Shown here in pieces: positions 28,869 to 41,212 of a stretch of DNA of 64,000 bases. Source of the DNA: Kudoa neothunni (taxonomy: Eukaryota; Animalia; Cnidaria); the NCBI GenBank assembly GCA_964304625.1, contig OZ199840.1, positions 10,943,224 to 11,007,223 of the forward strand. Direction: 5' to 3'. A program made the position numbers and the translations under genes. Within the stretch, counting starts at the first letter, position 1; every line of letters starts with the position of its first letter. The notes under the pieces are model-generated. The model was not told the origin of the DNA, ran no database searches, and saw only the letters and a list, made by a program, of their open reading frames with translations.

Positions 28869-29564
28869 TTAAGCATATTTATCACCTTAATTCGGTAGAT
28901 AATGAAGCTTCAAAGATTTATCTGATCATTTTTTATTTGACTAATGATAATTATATTTTAAGTTATTTAATCGGACATTACTTTTAACAGAAAGAAATAG
29001 ATCATCGTAATGTGAGATTGAATTGAAATAATAGATATTTTTTAAACAAAATAAATTATTTTTAAGATTTACTTAAAGCTAATTATATAATAAAATTTAA
29101 TGTAAAAATTAATTTTAATATAAATCCCGCCAATGTTTATATTTGATCTATAATACTCATAAATTTAAACGTTTCTTCTATGAATCAACTTTATAGCATT
29201 TATCAATAAAATTTATGATTAGCCAATATTACGAAAATTTATAATGATAAAAGTTCGGTTGAAAAGTTTAAGTCGCATAAAATTTTTTTAAATATTTATA
29301 TTAAAAATATACATAAGGATGACGAAAATATGTTTAAAAATAATCATTATTCAACTAATTGAATTAAAGTTCTAGATAATTAAATTATAATTCGTAGAAG
29401 CTTTAAATCCAAAAATAATCTCTACTAAAAATTTGAAATAGGATTTATCTTTCAAATGAATTATTTTTATCACATAACATAACTTGGTTGACGTTTAAAG
29501 ATATCCAATCGATTTAGTTTTGGTGCTCTGTTTACCGTGAAAACTCAAAATCCTTAATGTGGTA

Positions 29565-32372
29565 ATGAAAGCAAAAGTGGTTTATGCCGTACTAATTGTG
29601 ACGCTATTTTGTAATTTCCATTCATTGTTATTTATATTACCATAGTATTTATACTCGACAAGGGACAAAAACCTTGCTCTCCTCTTCAAAATCCATCGAA
29701 ATCCTATATAACAAATTGAAGGATGATGCGTTCCATGATATATACGTAAATGGAAATGATCATTATCAAAATAAAATATGTCACATAATGAAATTCAACG
29801 CGGACAAGCTTAAATTTGGGGATATTAAAAATTGTAATAGCCATTCCAGTATTTCGAAGAAAAAGTGTCTTGTTCTGTGTAGAAATAATTCGTTGAAGTT
29901 TTTATATGAAATTAACAATATAAATAACTTTTTTAAATTAAAAATTGAAACAAAAAAGAACTCATCTAATGACCCAATGCAAATAATGAAGCCTAAAATC
30001 TTTGGATTTCCAATTCGTAAGATGATTATTGTGAGTGGAACTGATTTTTGTTAGCCATATTGAAAGTTGTAAATATAAAGGTAAACGTATATGAGAAAAC
30101 TTTACTGTTAACCACCAATACTTGTCCCTCAGTGTTATGCCTTGTTTATAATGAATACTTCAAGCTAGCTGAAGGCGATCAGCGTCTTGGTTGTTATGAA
30201 CGTGTATTCTATTTTGTTGACATTTCTCACTTAATCTCCTATATTAAACTACAATGCTATCAGTACCCTCCGTTTTATTACTATGAATCAAATCAATATT
30301 TAATCAGACATAATGAAATTAACAAACCCCAGTTTTATGTTACTAAAAGAAATAATGATATGAGTAGTTATTACCTTAATTTTACGAACTCATTCCCTTC
30401 CGAAATTTGCTTCTTTGCTATCCGAGAGGGAAGAGATGGAACATATTCTGATTTTATATCAAAATGTGGTCACATAAATAATGAATGCTATGCACCATGT
30501 AACAATGTTCAACTGAGCTACGATCCGGATGTTCCAATAGTGGAAATAGTAATACTAAAAATGAAACCATGGCTACCTAAAAATATTAAAAATAGCAATT
30601 TTGATAAATATCATTACAAAAAGTTTGGTAAATAAATTGATTTTTTCACTAGATAATAAAAATTTTTTAGTTATCAATGATTTTCGGGGAAAGGGAACAT
30701 TGATTCAGTCAATCAGAAGTACCGGTGTTATTTTGAATGCACCATTATTTAAATTGTCACACAATTCGGTTTCTTTTGATCAATGTAATGTTAAATATTA
30801 TGATGCCGATGGTTTCTTTACGAAATATTCGATTGCTGTTGCAAGGTGTGGTGGCGAAATTAATTGTGACTACAGCTGCAGTTCCCCTTTGAACATTAGT
30901 AATCTAAACGAAGGAACTTCATATATATTCGAAATTGCACCTAATAATTTGAATAATTACAAAAATTTTAAAGAATTAATACTAATTAAAACAAGTAGAA
31001 CTATTGCTTAAGTAACTGCTTAATGTAACTTTATAGGACCAAAGAAGGACATTTATCTGTCTGAAGGTAATTTAACTGTAACAGACACATCCATATCAAT
31101 TAAGGCAGAGGATGGGGTTCTCATGAACAATTACGAAATAATATGCAGATATTATATTAGCACTTCCGGTAGGAATGCCTTTGTTTTAGCAACCTGTGAA
31201 GATGGCCGTTATTGTAGAGGATATTGTAAAGAAACCAAAACAATTACTAAACTTAGTCCCAATACGACATATGACGTTAAAATAATCCCACAAAAAGTAT
31301 ATGCCCCAATGATATTGAAAAAAATAAAAACAAGTATAGTTAGTTATTTGTATGATTATTAAATAACTCAATAGAGCCATCATTAAAGTTTAATTACGAA
31401 TACACATTAAATGGATTTATCACTTGGGGAAACTTGCACCTAAACAGCACTATGAGAAGTTCTTGTCATTACATAATAAATGTTAAGAAAAATAAACAAT
31501 GGACACCACTCATTAGATGCCCGAATAATAATAACTATCTGATGAATTTTATATCTTCAACGAGCGTTTACAAATCAAAAAACACATCGCTATCACCTTT
31601 TCTAAAATCCTCATGCAAGAAAATACCTCTTTGTAATCGTATTGAATTCAATGCTAAATACGACGATAAGAATGAGTATCAAGTAATAGCTATGGCAGAG
31701 GGAATGTCTGGAATAGGTTCTGTGATTGTTTACCCTAGTAAATTTATTAATTATTTTAAATATATTGTTACATCAAATAATTTAATATTTGTATTAAATA
31801 GAACCAATAAAAAAGACACCAGATGGTCAAATTGGTTTAGATATAAATCTTGATGGAAACCAATTAAAGGTCACAACCGAATACAATGAGACAGTAATGG
31901 ATATACCCAAATGTCAGTGGAAACTAATCGTTTTTAAACAAAACACCGTTCATATATTGAAACAATGTATGATCGATAATGATAATGGCTGCGAAAAAGT
32001 TCCAGATTGCAATCAGCTTACAATAGAAAAAGTCGACTATCCCACATGTACTATTTTACGAGTTTATGTCAAAAACTCTCCTTTAACCTGGAGCGATATC
32101 AACATTGCAAAATGTGAGTATTATATTTATTATTTGACTCTAATATAAATAAATCATAGGTACAACAACAAGAAAATCACAGTGAATAAAAACCTAGAAA
32201 AATTTTTTATTTAATTATATTTTAGAATTAAAAATTCAATGTAAATTAATAATTAATTACATTTAATTTTTCGTTTAGGGTGGTTGTAGGCCTAATTTTA
32301 ATTGTATCGGTCTCTGGAGGGATTGGTTTTGGCTATGTGTATCGGAAAATTTCACGCCTACGCCCAAAATAA
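29565..32372 (+). CDS. Surface-protein family copy 4 (10 exons; one apparent 1-nt A-run frameshift near 29670)
   Basis: Signal peptide MKAKVVYAVLIVTLF. ORFs 29674, 30048, 30601, 31123, 31434 and 31897 join through phase-1 introns. FN3-like motifs LNISNLNEGTSYIFEI and ITKLSPNTTYDVKI. Micro-exon 32226-32240. TM exon MVVVGLILIVSVSGGIGFGYVYRKISRLRPK*. Confidence 0.85.
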
Positions 32373-32871
32373 TCGATTATAATGGATATAATGAACCAAA
32401 TAATAATTACATTCGCTGTTAATGTGAATCAATGATATTTTGAATGATAAAAAGAAATAAACGGATCAGCGATATCATAAGATGTTTCAGTGTACATCAA
32501 AGAATGTATTATAGAAGTGAAAACTTTTTATTATTATAAATTGTAAAAATGTTTGTTTATTTTAAGAAAATACTTATTTTTCTAATTTTCTAAAGAATTA
32601 TTTAATTTCTTGTAATATATTTATATTAAGCATCATGATCGAATTAGGTTTTAACCATCTCACTCAGTTTCAACTCGGCATTTATAAAAACATTAAACCA
32701 CCTTGTTCCATTCAGTTAATAATCATTCTAATGTATCAACATTTAAATTTGTATACTTTAGTTTATACACACTGTCCTTAAATACACTAAAACATTACCG
32801 ACTTACTAAAGGTTAACAAAGAATATCATGATGTCCTATGTATTGTTAATCTCCCTGACATCGTTATATAT

Positions 32872-33202
32872 CAAAGGTGGCCACACTTACCTAAAATTAA
32901 AATGGGAGTCACATTTAATGAGCTTCAAATTTTTCGGAGCCACTAGGATTAAAAATTATATTTGAGGGATTGTTGTTATACTTACATTTTGTCCACAAGT
33001 TTTAATTAATAACAGATTAATGTTAAAATCATGCGTTCTTATTCAGGATAGATGTATGATTCTATGACTTTCAAATGATCCAAATAACTTCCTGAGAAAA
33101 ACTTAATGAAACGGAAAGTCTAAGTGTTTCGAGAGCCGCACATCAGCTTCCAAGAGCAACATGTGGCTCGTGAATTCCTGAACCGGTGTTTTTTCATCCC
33201 TG
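32872..33202. mobile_element. hAT (Buster-type) MITE
   Basis: Ends CAAAGGTGGCCAC ... TTTCATCCCTG with a perfect TSD TTATATAT and internal GAGCCGC-type motifs. Confidence 0.7.
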
Positions 33203-34983
33203 TTATATATCCATATTTTAAAAGCATAATCACGTTACAACAATTTTAAAAAAGAAAATAAGCCTCTTTAGAATGACACAAATTTTTTATGAATAATGAA
33301 TAAAATTTTTCTCAGAATTATTGCAATCTGGAACTTAATTATTAGGCTCGGGAATGAAGGAACAAAATTCAAACGATAATTGGAAGTAATGTCAAACTGC
33401 AGAATAATGACAATCATCAACTTCGACAAAAGAGCAGACCAGATGAATTATTATTTTGGTGGATATATTTTTTAGTGTCGTTTTATTTACGTATATTCAT
33501 TATTATAGAGACATTATTTTTAAATATTAACAATTTGTGTTTATTTATTATTTTAGTGGATTAATTATTTTTATGTATGTATCGTTTTGGGGTATTTTTT
33601 ACTACAGGATATTTATTATTTAAATGTATTTATCATTTTAGTGTATTAATTATTTATGATTTATAATTAAAGATAATACATTTCATTTTCTACTTGCTAT
33701 AAAAATTAATTACTTTAATATTTTACGTATCTCATATCCTCTCGTAATCATTTTAACAGACCCGACAACAAAGTCGAGCAAAGCATCTTGTATGGAGCTT
33801 AAAGTTAAAAATAAAATCTAAGATTTCAACAAATTATCATAATTTTCATTATCGTTTATAAATTATACGACTATAAGCAAATTATTTCGTTTTTTAAACA
33901 TACATAAAATAATTAATTTGGACAAATATTCGACAAAACATTCTCTTTAATTTGGGATCAATATGACCCCAGATATTTTTTTGCTACAATGATATAATAA
34001 AATATTTGATGACGTTTTACAGGGAATAAACTTAAATCTAATCATTAATTTTTGAGTAATGACTAAAAATATCGCTCGAGAGATTATACGAATAATATAT
34101 AAAATCAATATTTGACTAATTTAAGTCGTATGGCCATCCCTATTTATGAGGTTCCAAATAAATGATAAATTTAGAGTAAGATATATTTTAAGAGTTAACA
34201 AGAATCAATCATCTACCAAGAAAAATGAAGAGTTAGATATATATTTTGTTGAAACCTAATAATTGATTTCATTGGAGCATTTTGAGTGATTTTCACAATA
34301 TACTTGTCATTCGGCACCGAATATTTTTATTTTTTTTCTCGAACATTGTAAAATGGATAACACCTTTTTCTAGTAGAACATTAGAACGAACGAGGCTCGT
34401 TAGTCGCAACATTTTGTTCAACTTATTTAAGTTATCGCGAATATAATTTTTAAATAGATTATCAACTAATAGTAATAAAAATTTGAATCTGAGAAAATAT
34501 TTTTGTGGTAGTCAAACCAGTTCTAAAGTTAAAAAACATGTTCATATTTAGTCACGTGCTTTATTTTAAGGTCATCTATAAACATGTGTGTAGATGCTTA
34601 TAAATTTATAAATCAATTGCTCTACATTGTTTATGTAAATATATGGAGTTTCATTAAATTCTATCGGTTAGTTTTAGAGTTATTAATCGCCTGCGATACA
34701 ACCACTGCCTCAATTAAACTATACGTGAACATTTCCCACATGCGCAAGGTGATCAAATTTGAGATTATAATAAGTGAAAACGCCACATATCTCTCAACTT
34801 ATTATTATATAATTAATGTATTATAATATTTAATCAATATAAAAAATAAATGTAGACGCAGAAGATTACACATCTTCAATACCTCTTACATTTATCTAAA
34901 ACTCAGGAGGTACCAATGTTGACAAATAAACATTGCATGCACTCGTGTAAATCCAACTGCAGGCGGCTAGGATTAGGCATTAG

Positions 34984-37049
34984 ATGAAAACGACTACGCC
35001 GGAAATATCATGGCATTCATGCTGTGCTCTTTACAGTGTAGACTTTTGTACGAAATTGCATCCAAATATTGAGTCCGATGGGCAGGTGTATTTTATGATG
35101 GCTACGGGCGGTGTGGATAGTCTTGTTGGTGTATGATATGTTAGTTGATGAGAAAATTTGTATTAAACACAAATTTCTCTTCCAGATTTGGCTGATATCT
35201 AGCAATCCAACGGGTGGCAAAAATTCAATCATCTTTTTGAGTTATTTGGAGAAACATGTTGGTGGGGTTAATGTGGTTCGATTCAGTGCTTGCGGTAGCT
35301 GAATATGATTGTGTTGAAAATATAATAATTGTTTGATTCTAGGAAACTTCTTAGCAACCGGAGGAGATGGTGAATAATTCAATTCATTGGGATTTCAACT
35401 TATGTTTTAATTAATTTAGATGGGAATTTGATAGTTTGGGAAATAAATCCACAAATCACCGTGAACATTGAACAAATGGACTCTTTAACTAATTCTGATG
35501 ATATTTGGTCATTTAAGTGTGTATTAAGGTGATTAGATTGTTTATATGAAACAGCTCACTCTCACATTGATTTCTAGAGGTCACATTGATGCTATTTACG
35601 ATATTTGTTGGAGTAACGATTCGACTATGCTCTGCTCGGGTTCGATTGATAACAATTGCATATTGTGGAGTGTTGAAAAAAGAAAATATCTCCATATTTT
35701 TTCCGATAACAAGAGTTATGTTCAAGGGTTGGCATGGTCTCCAAATCCTATCCACTTCAAAAAGAAAGGCATAACCCAGGCAATCTTATGTCACTGCGCT
35801 GATGGGTGATACTTTATAGTTGTGTAATTATGTTGTTTGACAATGCGACAAAATTAGGTCTGCAAAGATGTATGCAGTTTCTACAAAAAAAGTAGCACAG
35901 CGAATTTCCCGTTATATTGATGCTTCAGCTTTTCATAACGATAAGAAAAACTCCGCAGATGAGGTTATTCAAATTTTAATGATGTTTCCAGCGAAATACA
36001 TTCAACATAGAATGAAGAAGAAACAAGAAAACCATGCAATTTTCAAATATTCTCCGATGATTTACATGGATCATTCTATAGACGTTGTTCGTTCTCCCCT
36101 GATGGCCGCTTTTTTGTGCTTACTTCGGGAGTTATAACTAACAACTTTAAGGCATATATTGATGCTAATAGTTGTATGAATAAACCGATTCGAGTGGCTT
36201 TTCTTTATAGCACTTTAATTCCGTCAACGTAACTAATTAATTTCTATTATTTTGAGTAATTTTTTGTATGTAGTCCATTGACTTATTACTTCTCGTCTGA
36301 TAGCACGTCGTGTATTTCGGTGAAATTCTCCCCCAAAGTGTACCAACTTAGGGAAAATGTCACCAATTTGAACACCTACACACAACAGTATTGAATTTGT
36401 GCATTTCATTGATGAATTTCACTAATTTTTACGTTTGTAGTCTAAACTACAGAATGTTGTTTGCCATTCTAGCGATGGACACTCTGGTTATTTTCGACAC
36501 TCAATCTCTTGACCCAATTGGTTACGTTAGGAATACTCATCTTTCGTCGCACACAGATATTTCTTGGTATGGATAGGTTAATTGACCACATTTGTGACAT
36601 TTCTTATCGAAAGGTTCCCGGATGGCAATGGAATTGTATTCACTTCCACCGATGGTTACTGTACCATTTGCGAGTTTTCCGCATCGGAAATTGGCATCGA
36701 AATCGATCTCCCTGAAGTTGATACTCACGAACAGATGATGGACGAAAATGAAGTCGACGATGGAATTTCCGTTAATAATGGCAGTTGTTTGATGGACTCG
36801 TTTGGAAATCCTAATGATGAGGATGAGCCATCTTTATTGGAGCAAGGTTTTTATATCGACGTATTAAAATAGTTGTGGTCAACATTTTTAGATGCGGCTA
36901 AATTTTTCCCCGCTGATCAAATCAGTGTTCGAATTTCAAATTGTTGTCCAGAAGATATAAAAATAAAATCGAACACGGATTCTAATGTATCGAATTCAAA
37001 ACCCAAGCGTGTTTCATTTGTGACTATTTCGAAGCCATCGGATAATTAA
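34984..37049 (+). CDS. CHAF1B: Chromatin assembly factor 1 subunit B (p60/Cac2), WD40 protein, multi-exon
   Basis: Motifs MKTTTPEISWH, ATGGVD, LSYLEKHVGGVNVVRFS, LRGHIDAIYDICWS, SYVQGLAWSP, SFYRRCSFSPDG, NYRMLFAI, STDGYCT and C-terminal KRVSFVTI. Canonical short introns. Confidence 0.93.
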
Positions 37050-37402
37050 ACACATTCTTTTTGATATTTATAACTGTTTTCTTTATCATCATTTCATTTT
37101 TTTCATTATCCTTCTTAATCACTTTATTCAGATTTTAAAAATTAAAGTTATATTTTTTAACAACCTATCTTATTTGTATTTATTTGTTTAAACAGAGATT
37201 ATTTATGTTAGTTATATTCACGATTTTTATCGTATAATATAGTATAATATAGACATGGGAGGAAGTTATATTTTTCTGCGTTGTAAAATATCAAGGATAT
37301 ATTTTAAATACAATAAATATGTTTAAATTACACACCAATTTTTTATGTTTATTTATATTAATTCATGTAAGCGGCTACATCTCAGGCAATGGGTTTCTCT
37401 GT

Positions 37403-37917
37403 ATTATTATTATTATTATTATTTATTATTATTTATTTATTATTATTTATTATTATTATTTATTATTATTATTATTTATTATTATTATTTATTATTATTA
37501 TCATTATTATTAATCATTATTATTATTATTATTATCATTATTATTATTATCATTATTATTATTATCATTATTATTATCATTATTATCATTATTATTATTA
37601 TTATCATTATTATTATTATTATTATCATTATTATTATTATCATTATTATTATTATCATTATTATTATTATCATTATTATTATTATCATTATTATTATTAT
37701 TATTATTATTATCATTATTATTATTATCATTATTATTATTATTATCATTATTATTATTATTATTATCATTATTATTATTATTATCATTATTATTATTATT
37801 ATTATTATCATTATTATTATTATTATCATTATTATTATTATCATTATTATTATTATTATTATCATTATTATTATTATTATTATTATTATCATTATTATCA
37901 TTATTATTATTATCATT
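37403..37917. repeat. (TAT)n/(CAT)-interrupted trinucleotide microsatellite, about 515 bp
   Basis: Directly visible; it produces the poly-I, poly-Y/H and poly-M/I ORFs. Confidence 0.98.
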
Positions 37918-38711
37918 AAATCGTTTTTTTCATCTTATCTGTAACTAATTTAGTTTTTTATAATTTTTGAATATCCAACAAATTTTTCCGCTTAAAATTC
38001 CTATAGATAATGATAGGAATATTTAGAGGCGCATGATATTAAATCAGAAGATTGACTTTAAATTGTAAATTATTCCTCTTTGTTTACAAGGTAGACAACT
38101 TATTAGGTTGTGGAATTCTGGTTGGTCAGACCTCTTCCATTAACGTTGTAGGCACCGTAGGACGTAACATGAAACCCTATCCCTTATCTTATGCGGTAGT
38201 GTGGGACTTTAACCCACAAAACATCCTCGTCTCAAGGCGACCACCACCCCAAGCTCTATCCCTTTAAGGATGTTGGCTCTGTGAGGCCTTCAAATTACTT
38301 GCTTTTCGATGGGTTCCGGAGATTCCAACTCCTATTCATGTGAATTTGGCTGCTGGTGCACCCCACCACACAGCGAGCGTACACTGTAACCATAACTCCC
38401 AAATATAGGATAGAGACCCATCTATAAATTATAAGATTGTGAATTTTTGATTTTAAAAAACTAACTCAATTAAGAAAAATTCCGAATAATTTCAAGCATA
38501 TAGAAAATAATACGCAAACCTAAACTAAATTCTATTTTAAAATTTATGCAAAATAGTCCTAACTTTTACTTTATATATTGATTAATTCAACATTTAATTA
38601 TATATTATATTAGATAATTAGGTAAAAATAAATATATTTTTATTTGCACATCATAAGCGTAGAAATGATTTCAAATGGTACAAAATAGAAGATTAAAAAG
38701 CAAACCGATTG

Positions 38712-39733
38712 TTAACGTGAATTTTTGTTGGTTGCAATTTTCCAGAATTCACATCTTTCCTTGGATGGGTAATCGTCAATATCAGAAAAAGGTTCTTCGT
38801 TTTTCTCAATTCGTTTCAAGTATTTGTCAATATTGACATTATTGGTAGTTGAGGGAAAGTTGGACTTCCAAACATTCCAGTAAGATTTAGGAAATATATC
38901 CAGATCGTTATCGATAGGCTCACAATAGTCATGCTGAATGTCGTATGTATTTGCAGGATAAAATTCGGAAATATGTGTAGGTGATGTTTTCTGTTTCTCG
39001 ATTAATTCTAATATAAATTTAGAGACATAAAAGTGTAACAATATTACCTTTGACAATTTTTTTGAATCGATCGTAATCTCTCAAATACACAGACGCGGCT
39101 GTGTGGTTGAGGGGGTCAGAAGGATTTGGATATTCTAGGAGTTGGGGTAGAAACGTTTCAAAAATAATGTTCAAATCTAAATTTGCATTGATTTGAAAGC
39201 TGTTTACTCTAATTTGTTTCTATACCATAAATAGCACTCCAATTTTTGCTGATCACATCCAAACACACTGAACCTGAACTATAATAATTTTATTCGATTG
39301 TAATCCCGGATTTTTGTTATAAACAATAACGGCATACTCTTGCTCAACGTTTGGATGGAAAATTTTAGTGACAAAGCCTTCATTCATTCGTTCATAAAGA
39401 CAATCGTTATAATCATTTCGAAAATATATCTATCTACCAACAGAAGGAGATTTTTGAGGGTAATTTTCGGGTAAAGTCAACCGTATTTTATATATTCCGC
39501 CTTCATACACACCTGAACCATAATACAAATGCAAAAATACAAAAATACAAAATAACCAACTTCCTTGAGGAGCATAAAAATCCACATAATACTCGTTCGA
39601 AGAGTTTCCAGCGTTGATATTAAAGTTGGCCAACGATCTAATATCATTCATGAATTATCTCATAAGAAATTTAAAATAGATACAATTTTAAAAGGTCATG
39701 TTCCATTCTTTTCTTGAATTCATTGTTATCCAT
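38712..39733 (-). CDS. UBE2H: Ubiquitin-conjugating enzyme E2 H (Ubc8-like) with C-terminal extension
   Basis: Spliced: [100 protein letters not shown]. Confidence 0.9.
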
Positions 39734-40321
39734 GGCCAGTCAGCAAAACTATAAATAAATATACCTATGAATGCAGGTTGGATTAGTCAAGACAGTGGCC
39801 TATAACCTCTATCAATATCACACTTACTAGTTGTTATCCAGCAAGGATGTTAACTTGTATATTTTATCGATTATAGAAATCTCTGGAGATTTAATAGATT
39901 AATAATGCGACTATAGAGATAATCAAACCAAATCCATTGACCTGTAATCTCAGCGATACGATTAGCGGAATACGGTACGGTGTGTGTTGGGAGAATAAAC
40001 TTCGATAATTCGGTTGTTGAATGAAGCATAGTTAAAAAGTAAATATTTCATTAAAAAGCGTAATCACAACTCCACATAAAAGGTTAATGCTATAAGATGA
40101 ATAGATTACAAACTGGGTGGATAATGGGATCATAGAATCTTTTATTAACCTCCGTTATCAATGACTATAGAAACGACCAGTTGATAAATTGTTTAATAGA
40201 AACACAGCCAAAAAAAACCACATATCAATACTATATTTATCGACACAACAAATAAACCACTTCAAAATCAGGAGTTCACTGTTTATTACATGAAAAAAAG
40301 GAATGCGCTATCGAGCACATG

Positions 40322-41010
40322 TCACAAACTCTTATCGACATCTTTAGCGTACATATTAGTCCATTCTTTTGCTGGAGCAAAATAATAGATCAGATTAATA
40401 AACTACACCCACACAAAATCAACACATACCTCGTTGAACTGCATCGTTGTGGTTGTTAGTCCATTCGTTGGCACACTCGAAATTCAAAGGATCTTCAGGA
40501 TTAGGAGAACCCAACAGTGCTTGTATTGATAACAACACTGTTCTCACCTGTAACGCTGGACTCCATCTATCTACAAATCGTCAAATTCACACTCAACACA
40601 AATCCACCATAAACACCTTTTAATATGTCCAGACATATACGTCCAATCAAATCGATATTTGGATGGTAGACTCTGGTTAAAAATCTCACTTTTGGTGGTT
40701 GCATGGGATATTCCTCAGGAAGAAATAGTTGAAGCTTAAATTTTCCATTCTCGTAAGGCGACTACGAACAAATTACAGCGATAAAATGAATAGGTGTTTA
40801 TTCAATGATTGGGTATGTACGTCAGGAGGACCGTCCAATGTCACATAGAAATGACGGTTGTTCTCTGTGTCCAATGTGAAATGGATTCCAGGAATCGGTT
40901 CTTTGTTTAGTAGGGCAGTTTCCTAGATTATACCAACTATTCGTTAAGTATCTATTCGACTGATAACCAACTTTCACAATTCGTTTCGCTAACACCGACG
41001 AAGACTTCAT
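40322..41010 (-). CDS. UBE2N: Ubiquitin-conjugating enzyme E2 N (Ubc13)
   Basis: Spliced (5 exons): [99 protein letters not shown]. Confidence 0.95.
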
Positions 41011-41212
41011 AGTTAGGAAAAGTGCTTACTATAGCCCCGACTGTGGTCTGATCAAATCATCCACCGCGCAATCACGACGGGATTTGTATAATTTTCTCGT
41101 TGGTGACATGGTGTTTGTAGATCTACCTCACTGTGAGACATTGTGTCGGTCGTTTTTATTTTGTGTCGTGTCGGTTTCGAATTTTTTAATTGTAAACCAA
41201 TGTTGTGACACC

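Noticed and set aside
37319-37944. Poly-Ile, poly-Tyr/His and poly-Met/Ile ORFs
   Set aside because: These are translations of a TAT/CAT microsatellite.
38170-38190. Telomerase RNA template (AACCCTA)
   Set aside because: Only 7 nt of match, too short for a template, and there is no other support.
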